A stretch of 64,000 nt of DNA from assembly GCA_001600695.1 (NCBI GenBank), contig BCKQ01000001.1, positions 2,090,615 to 2,154,614 on the forward strand. Direction: 5' to 3'. Source of the DNA: Ascoidea asiatica JCM 7603 (Eukaryota; Fungi; Ascomycota). How positions within the stretch are numbered: the first letter of the stretch is position 1; each line of letters starts with the position of its first letter. Positions 1-12,563 of this stretch are shown here, piece by piece. The notes under the pieces are model-generated. The model was not told the DNA's origin. It worked only from the letters and a program-made list of their open reading frames with translations, and ran no database searches. A program made the position numbers and the translations under genes.

Positions 1-16
1 AAAAATTGTATAATTA

Positions 17-51
<35 letters not shown>

Positions 52-885
52 ATCATTATCATTAATATAATTTAAATTTCGAATTAAATTAGTTTCTTCA
101 ATTATTAAAATTGAATTATCTTTAAATTTATTAAATTTTATCTTTAATCCATTATTTTTTAATTTAAATAATTTTATTGGTTTAATTAATGAAATTTTAT
201 AATCAAAAATTAAAACTTCTTTATTATCTGTAATTAATCCAATTAATCCATCTTCATTTTCTTTTAAATCAATTGAATTTACACTTTTCTTATTTCCAAT
301 ATTTATAGTTAAATATTCTAATTTATCTTCATTAATATTATTATTAATATTATTATTATTATTATTATTATTATTATCATTATTATCACTATCATTACTA
401 TTTAAAAATGAATAATAATTTGAATGATTAATTAAAAAAATTAAATTTGAAGTAAATGAAGCTAAAACTATAAATTTAGAATTAATTCTAATTAAATCAA
501 TTGAATAATTTTCTTTAATTTTAAAATTTTTACTTAAAAATATTTTTTCTTTTTGAAAATTTGATGATAATGAATTAATAATTAAATTTTTCTCTTTTAA
601 AGATTTTTTATTTAAATCATTAGATTTATTTGAATTATTTGAATTATATGAAGGATATAAAGGTGATAAAATTGTTAAATTTTCTTCAGATCCTAAAGCA
701 ATTATATCATTATAACAATCCATACAATTGATTATTTCATTTAATTGAAAAGAAATTGAAATTGAATCATTTGTATTATCAATTAAATCTCCAAAAATTT
801 CTGGTATTAAAACATCAGATTTTTTCACTTTAAGTTGATTCAAACTTGAAGAACTTGAAGAGACTTTCGAATGAATTAATTTCAT
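1..885 (-). CDS. Partial CDS (3' end runs off the window); probable beta-propeller/WD40-like protein, possibly Nup37-like
   Basis: Not in the ORF track. ATG at 885-883; I read an open frame to the window edge: MKLIHSKVSSSSSS...FQLNEIINCMDCYNDIIALGSEENLTIL...RKSVNSIDLKENEDGLIGLITDNKEVLIFDY. Short beta-strand-like blocks separated by Asn-rich inserts. The family call is tentative. Confidence 0.6.
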
Positions 886-1417
886 ATTTTCTTTTGAATA
901 CTACTTTTAAATAATACTCTTTCACTAATTCTATTTGATTATTCTATGATTAAAGTTATAATATTATATTTAAATGCTAATAACTTCTTGTTGGTTATTC
1001 TCAATTACTGATTGTATTTATTTATTTGTTTTCAAATTCATCTTTCAAAAAGATTGTTTATAAACTGAAAAAATTCAAAACTGAACCTGGAACAAGAAGT
1101 ACCGCAAAACCGGCGTCGCTTTAAATTTTTTATAACTTTTTGTGACCAGTTTTATTGATTATTTTTCAATTAAAATAAATATTCGTTTGAAGTTGAAAGA
1201 ATTTAAAATCAATTGGTCTACAAATATGAAAATGAAAGTGGGTTATTGTTTCAATGAGAATAAAAAAAGAAATATCTATGAAAAAAGAATAAGAAATGAT
1301 TGAAATGAAAAAAAAAAATAAATAAAAAAAAAAGAACATTAATAGTGAAACTGACATTAGAGATATAGACATTATAGAAATAAAAATTTAGAAAATATAC
1401 TGTATTGTAGAATATTA

Positions 1418-2877
1418 TTATATTCCACCAATTTTAGTTAATGGTTTTTGTTTTTTTCTTTCATTCCAATGTAAAGTTTCACTTAATCTTTTAAACCAAA
1501 TTAAATTTGAATTACCATTTTTAATAAAAGGTAATGGATATCTACTTGCAGTTATTGTAACTAAATCACCTCTTTTTAATTCAATTCTATTTTTACCATC
1601 AAATGAACACCAAACTGTTGTTCTTGAATTATAAGGTACACCAACTCTTAAAATTATTGATTCTGGAATTACCAAAGGTCTAAAAGATAAAGTATGTGGA
1701 CAAATTGGAGATATTAAAATTCCAGGAATTTCAGGATGAACTAAAGAACCACCTGCAGATAATGAATAAGCAGTTGAACCAGATGGAGTTGCAATCACAC
1801 AACCATCAGCTTCAATTGAAGTTATTTTTTCAAAATCACCATATAAATCAATTGAAGTCATTGTTGAATTTGGACCTCTATCAATGACAATATCATTAAA
1901 TACAGTAAAAGTTTCAAAAACTGAATGAGTTAAAGAAAGACTACAAATATCTTTATTAATATTTTTTTTATAAGTACTTTTTGAAATTTCTTCAGATAAA
2001 TCTCTATGATTAAAAGCTGTAAACATTGGATTATTTTCTTCATCATCAATTTCTAAATTTGATTTTATTGATCTCATTACAGTACATTCAAATCTCATTC
2101 TTATAGAACATTGAAAACCATTATTTATAATTTCATTTAAAACAGATTTATAATCTTCAAATTGAAAATCAGTTAAAAAACCTAAAGAACCTAAACCAAA
2201 ACTTAAAACAGGTGGTATATAAGCTTGAAATAACCAACTTGCAAATAATACAGTACCATCACCACCTAAAGTTATAACTAAATCAAAAGATTCTGGTCTA
2301 AAATAACAAGAATCTTCAAACCAAAATTTTATTGAATTTAAATTATTTAATTTTTTTTGAAAATTTAAAATTTCTTCATAATTAAATTCTTTAATAATTT
2401 TTAATTTATCTTGAATAAAAATTTCAAAATTTTTTTTATTTTTATTAAATGATAATAAATATTTAACTAATTCATTTGTATCTAAAATTGGTTCAAGATC
2501 ATAAATTTTAGTTATAATTAAAATTTTAGAAACTTCAGAATTAATTTTTATTTGATTTAATTTTTTTTCAAGATATCTTATATTTGAAACTAAATGATTA
2601 AGTTGATTTTTACTTAATAAACTTGGATAAGTTTCAGAAATTTTATTTTCAATTTCCATTAATTGATCTTTATTATTTGGATGAGTAATTTGTAAAGTTT
2701 CTTTACCATTATTAATTATACTTGAAGAATCACTATTACTTAAACTATTACTTGAATTTGAATTTGTATTTAAGTTTGAATTTGAATTTGAATTTGAATT
2801 TGAATTTGTAGAATCTTCAATTGTTGTTGAAATTATATTTGGATCAGAAATAGAAGATGAAGAAATATTATTTGAAA

Positions 2878-2971
<94 letters not shown>

Positions 2972-3151
2972 TGAAATATTAATATTATATAAATTATCTT
3001 TGATATTATGAGTTTCCATAATTGGAGAATTATGTCTAAAGAAAGAAGTAGCAAGACTTGAAGAAGATGAAGATTCTTTTGGAGGTTCTTCTAAAAGTTC
3101 AGAAGATATAATTATATCAGATATTGATAATCCTTTAAATTGATCTGTCAT
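1418..3151 (-). CDS. ATP-NAD(H) kinase, Utr1/Yef1 family
   Basis: Motifs ITLGGDGTVL, GSLGFLT, NDIVIDRG, ADGCVIATPSGSTAYSLSAGG and PICPHTLSFRP; low-complexity N-terminus. Confidence 0.93.
2881..2971 (-). repeat. (AAT)~30 microsatellite encoding poly-Asn in the NAD kinase
   Basis: Uninterrupted TAT/ATT run on the + strand. Confidence 0.95.
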
Positions 3152-3630
3152 TTTATAAAAATTGAAAGTGGAATAAGATTATGATTGTTATTGTGATTGT
3201 GATTGTGATCGTGATGAGATTGAGAAAATGAATATGAATTTGAATTTGAATATGAATATGAATATGTGATAATAGATAATTTCGTGGTGAAGAAAGTGAA
3301 TTGAAAATTAATAATCTTACTTACTTTATTCTAGGAATGATATCAGGTTAATCGAATAATATGTGTATGAGTAATGAGTAATGATCAATTTCAATTTCAA
3401 TTGCAGAAGATGAAATATGTTCTTTGGAGTATTGTTAGACTAAAGTTATGAATATATTATGAATATGATTTAATTGAGGTAATTGACTTGTCTTCTTGTC
3501 TTCTTGTCTTCTTTATATCTGTTATATCTGTTATATCTGTTATAACTGTTGTTGTTTCTTCTGTTGTTCCTTCTCGTGCTGGTGCTTCTTCTGAGTTTGT
3601 TCTGAGTTCCTCGACGGGTGCAGTTTCTGG

Positions 3631-3664
3631 CCACGGTTTTCCATGGTTCCACGGTTCCGCGGTT
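3631..3664. promoter_or_regulatory. Four tandem CCRYGGTT elements in the GC-rich island upstream of the NAD kinase
   Basis: ccacggtt-tt-ccatggtt-ccacggtt-ccgcggtt. The CGG/CCG triplets resemble Zn2Cys6 (PDRE-like) sites; function is inferred. Confidence 0.4.
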
Positions 3665-3884
3665 CTTCTTTTTCCTTGCCCCGGCGACTCCCAAACCCTC
3701 GGATATCTCTCAAGGAGCGCAGTTAACGGAATGGAATAAGCTTGTAACTTCCATTATTTATTATTGAGTGCTACAGGTGAATATGGAATCTGAATCTAAA
3801 AAAAAAAGAAGGTGTAAATCTATGTAACAGATATTATAAAAATAAATTAAAATTAAAAAAAGAAACAATTTTCATTTCTATTTA

Positions 3885-5708
3885 TTAAGCAATCATGATT
3901 TCTCTATTGAAATATTCATTACTTTCATTTTCATTAGCTGTCAAATATTCACTATTTATTGAAATTTTTGAATCATTAGAATTATTAAATTGAATTTGAA
4001 CTTTTTTACATTTAGAATTTAAAATTATTAAAAGTTCTTTATCATCTTTATTATTTTCAACATCTTTTTCAATTATATTATCATACATACTTGTACTTGA
4101 ATTCTCACTTTGATTTGTACTAAAATATCCATTATCATTATAATAATTAAAATTATTTAATTCAATTTCTTCTTTATAAATCCTACTTATATTTGAATTT
4201 ATATCTTCTTTTGCATAAAACATATATGGATCTGAATTTATATTTAAATTTGGAATTGGAATTAAATTCATTGGAATAGTTGGAATAGTTGGAATAGTTG
4301 GAATCATTGGAATCATGGGAATTATAGGAATTATTGGAATTATTGGAATTTGTTGAAAAATCATATTCATTGGAAAATATGGTAATGAATTTCCATTTGT
4401 ATAAATTGGCATTGGATATAAATATTCTTGTTCTTGAATATTAACATTACTATTCTCATATCCATATCCATTTTCATATCCATATTCATATCCATTAAGA
4501 TTATTATAATCCATTTGATATTCCATATAATTATCATTTAAATAAGTTTCTAAATATTTTGATTCAATTTTAGATTCTGAAATAATTGGTGTTGAAGTAT
4601 CTTGAATATCAATATCTAAATCTAAATCTAAATCTAAATCTTTATTTTTCATATCTAAATTAGATTCATTTTCAAAATTATACAAATCTTTTTTCTCTTT
4701 CAATTCATTTTCATTTTCAGTTTTAATACCTAAAATTGTTTTTAATTCAAATTCTGCTTTTTTTTTAAATTCTTCTTTTTCTTTCAATAATTTCTTTTCT
4801 TTATTAACCCAATTCATTAATGATTCAAATATTGTATTAATAATATAATAATTATTATCTCTATTTGATATATGACTTATTGAATTATTTTTAAAATTAG
4901 AATTAAAATCAAAACTTGAATTGGAACTTGAATTACAACTTGAATTAGAACTTGAACTTGAAGAAGAACTTAAATTAAAACTTGAACAAGAACTTAAATG
5001 AGAACTTGAAAAACAATTTCTTTTGGAATATTTATAATTTCTTCTTTTAAAATAAATTTCATTTGAAATAATATTTAATTCTTTCCATTTAATTTCTTTA
5101 ATTTCATTTCTACATTTTGGTTCAAATTTAAAATTTTCTGGAATATTTTTAATTAAATAAATTTTATAATTTTTACCTTTAATATTTTTTTCAATAAATA
5201 AATCTTTATTAATTAATTTACTTACATCAAAACCAATTTCTTCAAAAGTTTCTCTAATTGCACAATTAATATCTGTTTCATTTTTAGAAATTTTACCTCT
5301 TGGAAAACTCCAAGATTTTGATTCTGTACCTTTAACTAATAAAATTTTATTTAAATTTGAATTAAATAATGCTGTACCTCTAACAGGAATTTTAGATTTA
5401 TATTCACCAAATTTTAATAAAGCAAAATTTAAATCATTATAATTATAATTTTTTAATAATTTTAAAATTATTGGACATTTTTTAATAATTTTTATTGAAA
5501 ATGTTTTTAAAATTAAATTTGGTAAATTTGGATTTAAATTTCTTATAAAATCTTTATAAAACCAACGAGCTTCTTCAATTTGAAAAAAAATTCTTTCTGG
5601 TGTTGATAAATCTTCTGGTGGACAATTAATTATAAATCTTACAATTAAATCATCTATTGTATCATCAAGAGTTTTATAACAAAAACCATCTTTTAAAGGA
5701 ATTGACAT
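3885..5708 (-). CDS. DCP2: mRNA decapping enzyme catalytic subunit Dcp2
   Basis: Box A (DDLIVRFIINCPPEDL...FFQIEEARWFY) and an intact Nudix box (WSFPRGKISKNETDINCAIRETFEEIGF). Confidence 0.93.
   Translation of the reverse strand: MSIPLKDGFCYKTLDDTIDDLIVRFIINCPPEDLSTPERIFFQIEEARWFYKDFIRNLNPNLPNLILKTFSIKIIKKCPIILKLLKNYNYNDLNFALLKFGEYKSKIPVRGTALFNSNLNKILLVKGTESKSWSFPRGKISKNETDINCAIRETFEEIGFDVSKLINKDLFIEKNIKGKNYKIYLIKNIPENFKFEPKCRNEIKEIKWKELNIISNEIYFKRRNYKYSKRNCFSSSHLSSCSSFNLSSSSSSSSNSSCNSSSNSSFDFNSNFKNNSISHISNRDNNYYIINTIFESLMNWVNKEKKLLKEKEEFKKKAEFELKTILGIKTENENELKEKKDLYNFENESNLDMKNKDLDLDLDLDIDIQDTSTPIISESKIESKYLETYLNDNYMEYQMDYNNLNGYEYGYENGYGYENSNVNIQEQEYLYPMPIYTNGNSLPYFPMNMIFQQIPIIPIIPIIPMIPMIPTIPTIPTIPMNLIPIPNLNINSDPYMFYAKEDINSNISRIYKEEIELNNFNYYNDNGYFSTNQSENSSTSMYDNIIEKDVENNKDDKELLIILNSKCKKVQIQFNNSNDSKISINSEYLTANENESNEYFNREIMIA
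4268..4349 (-). repeat. 9-bp tandem repeat encoding (IP[I/M/T])n in the Dcp2 tail
   Basis: ttggaatag/ttggaatca/ttggaatta units; protein IPIIPIIPIIPMIPMIPTIPTIPTIPM. Confidence 0.85.
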
Positions 5709-6461
5709 AATTTAGTAATTTGGTAATTTGGTAATTTGGTAATTTGGTAAAAAAAAAAAGATATTTGAATATGGTGTTGTGTATATAATTATGATATAAA
5801 GTATGATCCCTTGAAGAAAGAAAAAAAAAAAAAGAAATAAAAAATAATTAAATTTTCTATTGTTTATCTATACTTTTTTTTTTTTTTAGATTTTTTTATT
5901 AAAATTTTCAATCTAACTGTGAATTGAATATTTTTGATATATTAATCCTTCTTTTACAAAGAAAAATTGATCTATATTAATTAGATTTTATATTATAAAT
6001 ATTTGAATACAACATGTAATAATAATAACTGAAATAATAATGAAATAAGAATATTAATGAAAAAAAAGAAGCATTGATGGAGTAATCATTTTTCAAAAAA
6101 GAAGTTATTAAAATAGGTAAATTTTTTTTACAGATAAAGAAGAAGTAAGATAATTACTTCTTAAAAAAACAACATTTTATTTTTTTCAAATAAACTCTGA
6201 ATTTAGTGATAAATATTTATATAATTCATAACTCCTACGGTTTAGTTGAATTTTTTATTGCATTTTATTTGACTTTGATCATTGACAAGTAAAATGATAA
6301 AACTTATTTTTCATAAATTGAGGTTATAATATTAGTAGAAGTTATTTTTTAGTTATTAAAAGTAAATAAATATCTAAGATATATTATAAGAAGCTTTACG
6401 ATATTATTTAAAAAAATTCTATGATACTATTAGAAACTTTTATTTTGATAACAAAATGATA

Positions 6462-6558
6462 TATTATGATTTATTATGATATATTATGATTATATTATGA
6501 TTATATTATGATAAACTTATAATGATATTATGATGATATTATGATGATATTATGATGA
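6462..6558. repeat. Imperfect (TATTATGAT)n minisatellite
   Basis: Repeated tattatgat units in the DCP2/Ca3427-like intergenic region. Confidence 0.75.
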
Positions 6559-7580
6559 TGTGATTAAAATATAAGTATATTTGACTCTAACTTATGGAAA
6601 TTGACATTGATACAAGATTTATTATTAATAAAAATTGAATTATTTGTATTAATTGAAGTTAGTTGAAGTTAATTGAACAGTTAATTGCAAATTTAAGTGA
6701 AATCAAAGTCAAAATACTTCTATAGGTCCAGTAAAATATCATTAAAGGTCCATTAAATCTCAATAAAGTCTCATTAATTTAATTTTTAACTTATTCAAAT
6801 CATATTCTCTTTAAAATTTAACCAGTTAATAAAATTCTTGAGTGCCTCTGTAAAACTGTAACTGTAAAAAGTAAATAAAAAGTAGGTTAAACAGGTAAAA
6901 TCAATAAACGTTGATCTATTCTTGACTGGAGATTTAGCCCAGATCACTTTTAGTTTGTGATTTAACTGTACTCGAGTACTTTAACTCATGGAAGTAAGAA
7001 TTGGTATATGATTAGAGATACATTTATTCAAACATAGATAGATGTATCTATTCATATATTCAATGATATTATGGCAGGAGTGGTTCACTCACTCACCAAC
7101 GCCACTTGAGGTTTACTCGCTGCTCTCCTTCCCGACGCTACTGCGCAATCACAGCACTGCTGGAGCAGCCTGAGTTAAAAGCACATTGTCCATACAAACA
7201 GACCCAAAATATAATACAACAATGCAATAATACAATAGTTGTATTACAACAATGAGAATATTAATAAGAGTATCAACAAGAGAATCAATAAGAGTAGCTA
7301 CTAGAACTTGAAGAGAACAATATTGAAAACTGCTGTTTTAATCCTTTGTATTTGTTTCTGTGTCTGGGTCTGAATTTTTGAATTTGTGTGTGTTTTTAAA
7401 GAGTAACAATTATTATCAAATTCAACTTCCTTTAGAAATAATATAAATTGATTGGAAATTAATATATACTCTAAATCAGTATTCTTTTAATTCTTTGTTT
7501 TTGATTCTAGAAAGTCAACGAAGTCTGTCAAAATTTTGAGTCTGAAAGTAGTTAGAATTTGAAGTATTATTAAAAAAGTG

Positions 7581-7610
<30 letters not shown>

Positions 7611-7611
<1 letters not shown>

Positions 7612-8546
7612 TGGTTACCTCATTTAAGTTAGGTTATATTCCTGAACATTTTTCAACTCCTATACATTTTGCAAAAAATTTTGGTTTTATAAATAATGTT
7701 GAATTAATTCCATTTCCTTCAGGTTCTGGACATTTAATTCAATCATTAAAAGATGGTTCAATTGATATTGCAATTGGTTTAACTGAAGCTTTTATACGTG
7801 GAATTTGTAATGGTGATAAAGATTATTCAATAATTGGTACATATGTTGAATCTCCATTATGTTGGTCAATATCAACAGGTATTAATAGAGATGATATTAC
7901 AAATCCAAATGAATTAAATGGTAAAAAAATTTCTGTTTCAAGAATTGGTTCTGGTTCATATGTTATGTCTTTTGTACTTGGTTTACAAAATTCATTTGAA
8001 AAACCATTTTATGAATCATTTCCAATTTGTCATAATTTTAAAAATTTAAGAGATTCTGTTAATTTAAAATTAAATAATAATCAAGAAGAAATGAGTAATA
8101 GTGATGCATTTATGTGGGAATATTTTACTTCAAAAAAATATTATGATTTAAAAGAAATTAAAAAAATTGGTGAAATTTATACACCATGGCCATCATGGGT
8201 AATTGTAACAAAATCAAATTTATTAAAAAATGAAAAAACTTTAGAAGAAATTAAAGATTTTTTATTTGGTTTACAACATGGTATATTATATTTTGATAAT
8301 CATCCAAATGAATCAATTAAATATATTTATACAAATTTAGATTATACAATTGAAGATATTAAAGAATGGTTAAAAACTGTTAAATTTAATAGAATTATTA
8401 CTGAAATTAATAAAGTTGAAGTTATTGATAATACAACAAAAGTTTTAAAAGAAGCTGGAGTTTTAATTGAAAAAAATGATGAAATTATTAAAAAAAGATT
8501 AGATGAATTTGTAGTAAGTGATTTACTTAAAGATTATAGAAGTTAA
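7611..8546 (+). CDS. Type 2 periplasmic-binding-fold protein, Ca3427-like (SsuA/THI5-like), ligand unknown
   Basis: Motifs GYIPEHFSTP, PSGSGHL, DIAIGLTE, SRIGSGS, DAFMWEYFTSK and YTPWPSW. The start is the ATG at 7611; the track's GTG start at 7578 only reads a poly(A) tract. Confidence 0.85.
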
Positions 8547-8915
8547 ATTTAAAAAAAAATTGAAAAGTAAATCAAATCAGATACGAAAAAACTTTAATAT
8601 ATATACAGTATACTATATAGATTATGATAAAATGAGTTTATAAAAAATTTGTATACGATTTTTATTAGTACCGATAGATAAATGATTTAAATAATTTTTT
8701 TCAAATCAGAGTCAAATTATGTATGTAATAATTGAGATAAGATTTAATTTGTATCGTATAAATCATTTAATGGAAAGTTTTTAATGGAAAGTTTTTTATG
8801 GAAAGTTTTTAATTGAAAAGATTTTAAACGAGAAATAATTTAAGAGTTGATTTATAAAAAAAAAAAAAAAAAATTGGGTGAAATTAAATCTAAAAGAGTA
8901 AAAAAGACCGAGAAA

Positions 8916-10196
8916 CTATTGAAAAAATCTAACAACTTCATCAATTGCTTTTGCAGTATATTGAACATTATTATCATTAAGACCAGCAATTGAAATTCTT
9001 CCAGAATCAACTAAATAAACAGCATGTTTTTCAGCTAATCTTTGAACATGATTTTTATTTAAACCAGTAAATGAAAACATACCAATTTGATCAGTAATAT
9101 GATTCCAAGTACCAGGAGTATTTAAAGATTCTAAATTATCTCTTAATAATTTTCTCATTTTTATAATTCTTGTTGACATTGTAATTAAATCTTTATGCCA
9201 TTGAATTAATAAATCATTATTTGATAAAATTTCAGCAACAATTTTTGCACCATATGCAGGAGGATTTGATAATTCACTTCTTGTAATTTTTTTTAATTGA
9301 GATAAAATTGCATTATTTAAAATTTCATTTTTTTTAGGTAAAATTATATGAAAAGCACCAACTCTTTCACCATACATTCCAGTATTTTTTGCAAAAGATT
9401 GACAAATTAAAATTGGAGTATTATTTAAAATTTCAATACCTTTTCTTAAAGCCCAAGAATCTTTTTCTAAATTACCAGATGCAAAACCTTGATAAGCAGT
9501 ATCAAAAATTGGTAAATGATTTTTAATTTTAATTTGATTTAAAATTTCAATCCATTGTTCATGATTTGGATCTAAACCTGTTGGATTATGAGCACAAGAA
9601 TGTAATAAAAATATAGAACCATTTGGAGCAGATTTAATATCATTTAAAAACCCATTAAAATCTAAAATTTTTTTATCATTATTCCAATAATTATAAGTTT
9701 TAATATTAAAACCTTGAGATTTAAAAATTTGAATATGATTTGCCCAAGTTGGATTTGAAAGATAAATTAAAGCTTTATTTGAATTATTTAAAATAATATT
9801 TGATAAATCAAGTCCGGAAGAAGTAAGATGACCAGTATAAAATTGAGATAAAAATTTTGAAGATAAATGTAAAGCACCAGTACCAGATAAAGATTGTACA
9901 GAAATTAATCTATTTTCATTAATAACATTTGAATTTGAACCTAAGATAATTTTAGCAGAATTTAATAATAATTTTTTTAAACCATCAATTGGTAAATATT
10001 CATGATTATAATTTTTATTATTAATTATTAAATTTTCAGCTAATTTTACACTTGGTAAAATCCATGGATTACCATTATTATCACGATAAGCACCTAAAAC
10101 TAAATCAACTTTATTTGATCTTTTATCAGCTTTTGATTTTGCAGAAATTCCAAATAATGGATCAGGTGGTAATTGAGTTATATTTGCAAAAGACAT
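8916..10196 (-). CDS. AAT2: Cytosolic aspartate aminotransferase
   Basis: PPDPLFG, GAYRD, QSLSGTGAL, CAHNPTGLD, DTAYQGFASG and the PLP-lysine motif QSFAKNTGMYGERVG; no mitochondrial presequence. Confidence 0.95.
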   Translation of the reverse strand: MSFANITQLPPDPLFGISAKSKADKRSNKVDLVLGAYRDNNGNPWILPSVKLAENLIINNKNYNHEYLPIDGLKKLLLNSAKIILGSNSNVINENRLISVQSLSGTGALHLSSKFLSQFYTGHLTSSGLDLSNIILNNSNKALIYLSNPTWANHIQIFKSQGFNIKTYNYWNNDKKILDFNGFLNDIKSAPNGSIFLLHSCAHNPTGLDPNHEQWIEILNQIKIKNHLPIFDTAYQGFASGNLEKDSWALRKGIEILNNTPILICQSFAKNTGMYGERVGAFHIILPKKNEILNNAILSQLKKITRSELSNPPAYGAKIVAEILSNNDLLIQWHKDLITMSTRIIKMRKLLRDNLESLNTPGTWNHITDQIGMFSFTGLNKNHVQRLAEKHAVYLVDSGRISIAGLNDNNVQYTAKAIDEVVRFFQ

Positions 10197-11388
10197 TTTA
10201 TCAAAATATTGATTGAATTCGTTTTTGTTATTATTAATTGAAGTATTATGTATATATTTTATATTAATATATTTTATATTAATATACTTAATATTAATAT
10301 TATTATAATTAATAAAAGATTTTCTTTTTAAAGAATTCGTTAAAAAACGATTTTTAATTAAATTTTGAGAAATAATTTTGAAAATGTTAAAAAATTAGAT
10401 AAAATTGAATGAAATTAAATATTATTTAAATAAGAAATTTAAATAAGATATTTAATTTAAGTGTATGAGTAATAATAAGTTTAAAAAACTGGAAAATTGA
10501 AATTGAAATTGAAAATTGATAACTTTACGGAATAATAGTATAGTAATAGTATAGTAATAGTATAGTAATAGTATGGTAATCTTTAGAGAATTTTAAAGAA
10601 ATAAGAATAAATATTATTTAAAATTGATAAATTGAATAAATTATGGGATAATATGGGATAATATGGGATAATATGAGAATATAGTTATATTATATTATTA
10701 TATTGAATAATTGATTGAAAGAGGTAATAAAAAAAGAAAATATTTAGAATTTAAATGAAGAAATAAAGAGTATTTATAATATTTATAATAAATATCATTC
10801 AAATGATAAATTCAATTGAAAAGAAATAGAAAAGAAATTGGAGAAAGAAACTGAATCATCATCAGATTGAAGATAGAATTGAAGATTGAATTGAAGATTG
10901 AATTGAAGATTGAATTGAAGATTGAATCATGATTAGATTCAGTTCTTTTCAGTTGTATTCTTTTCAATCATTTTCAAATCTCAATGGAAAATAATAAAAT
11001 ATTATTCAAAGGGTAAATTGAGAAATTGAAAATTAAAAATTAAAAATTTCACAAAAGTAGATTTTTACCAAACTACAAACTACAAACTACAAAACACAAT
11101 AAACTTTTTACAAAATGGAAAATAATTTAATGTCATATATTTCTCCTGGAGAAGATTCTCATTTAGTTATTGCAATACTAAAAGATGATTGAACGGGAAA
11201 ATAATCTTGAATTGTTTTAAATATTATTAAAAGATTGAATAGAATATAATTGAATATAATTGAATTGAGACTATTGATTAAGATGATTGAATAAAATAAA
11301 GTAAAGTAAAGTAAAAGACTGGAGAATATACCACTGTAGTTTGAATTAGTACGGTAAATGATTCACTCCAGTAGTGTAATTAATCACT

Positions 11389-11395
11389 TGAGTCA
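11389..11395 (+). promoter_or_regulatory. Gcn4/AP-1 site TGAGTCA upstream of AAT2
   Basis: Exact TGASTCA next to the GC island upstream of an amino-acid metabolism gene. Confidence 0.45.
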
Positions 11396-11903
11396 AATGA
11401 CAGTGGTAAAAGAGGTAAAAGAGGTAAAAGAGGTAAAGAAGTGGTACTGAATCATGTGAATCACTGCTGCAATACTTAATATATGGATTATATTCACTTA
11501 CTCACTAACTAGCTACCGCCAGAACGGATTATATTCACTAATCCGCCGCCACCCACTGCGGGAACACGGAGCAGGTGCACGGAGCACGGAGCACAAAGGA
11601 TCAACACGAAACACGAAACACGAAACAAGGAAGAAAGTGGAGTCGGAGAAAGGCCACCCAGGCGGGGACCTGGCTGCGGACAATCCAGGCAGCGGATGAA
11701 CCAGGATAATTCTGCAGTTAATTCCAGACTCGCAGATTGCGCGCTCCACTAAAATTTAATCCTTTCTCGCACGTCGCTTAAATCGTTTAATTTCTAATTT
11801 CTAATTTCTTGTTGTTAATTGTTAATTGTTAATTATTCGGGGCTCGGTACACGCCGCTTTTATTCAAATAAGGAAATAATTAAAAACAAAATATAAATAT
11901 AAA

Positions 11904-11904
<1 letters not shown>

Positions 11905-11934
<30 letters not shown>

Positions 11935-11938
11935 AAGA
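11905..11938. repeat. (AAG)11 microsatellite
   Basis: Seen directly. Confidence 0.9.
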
Positions 11939-12159
11939 TCCATTGATTTGGCGTTTATATAATATACAAACTGTAATATAATAATATATTACTATAAAAC
12001 CTATATAAAATATATAGATAATATATTAAAGAAATTGAATTCAACTTCCTTTAACTAATTATTTACAAAATTTATATATAAAATATTATACAGTATATAA
12101 ATATTTAAAATTTAATATTTATCAAAATGATTACTTAGTTAATATGAAATACTATACAA

Positions 12160-12212
12160 AAAATATAATAAAATATAATAAAATATAATAAAATATAATA
12201 AAATATAATAAA
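12160..12212. repeat. (AAATATAATA)n decamer repeat downstream of NAB3
   Basis: About five tandem copies. Confidence 0.85.
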
Positions 12213-12563
12213 ATAAATAAAATAACAAATTTAGAATTTAAAATATGAAAAACAAAAGAAATATGAGAGAAATATGAAAGAAATGATAAAATAATAATAA
12301 AAATATAACAAAAGAACAACAAAAAAGATAAACAACACAATTAACAATAGATATATAATCTTTAATTCAATTCAATTACTTAACTAAATTCAATTTCAAT
12401 TTCAATTTCAATTCAAATTCAAATTCAAAACATTTCAGTATATATCAATATATATCAATATATATCAATATATATCAAATAATATAAAAGGATTCAAAAA
12501 GATATAAAACAATGATAAAACAATGATAAAAGAATAATAAAAGAATAATCAATAATATAATAA

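Noticed and set aside
7075-7400. TPP riboswitch upstream of the THI5-fold gene
   Set aside because: CTGAG and GAACTTGA fragments occur, but the core (CUGAGA ... GAUCxGGxUAAUxCCxGCG) and a flanking intron are missing.
8856-8918. Stop-codon readthrough giving Aat2 a cryptic PTS1
   Set aside because: The context is TAG-TTT, not a leaky TGA-CTA, and the extension would end in FFFL, not a PTS1.
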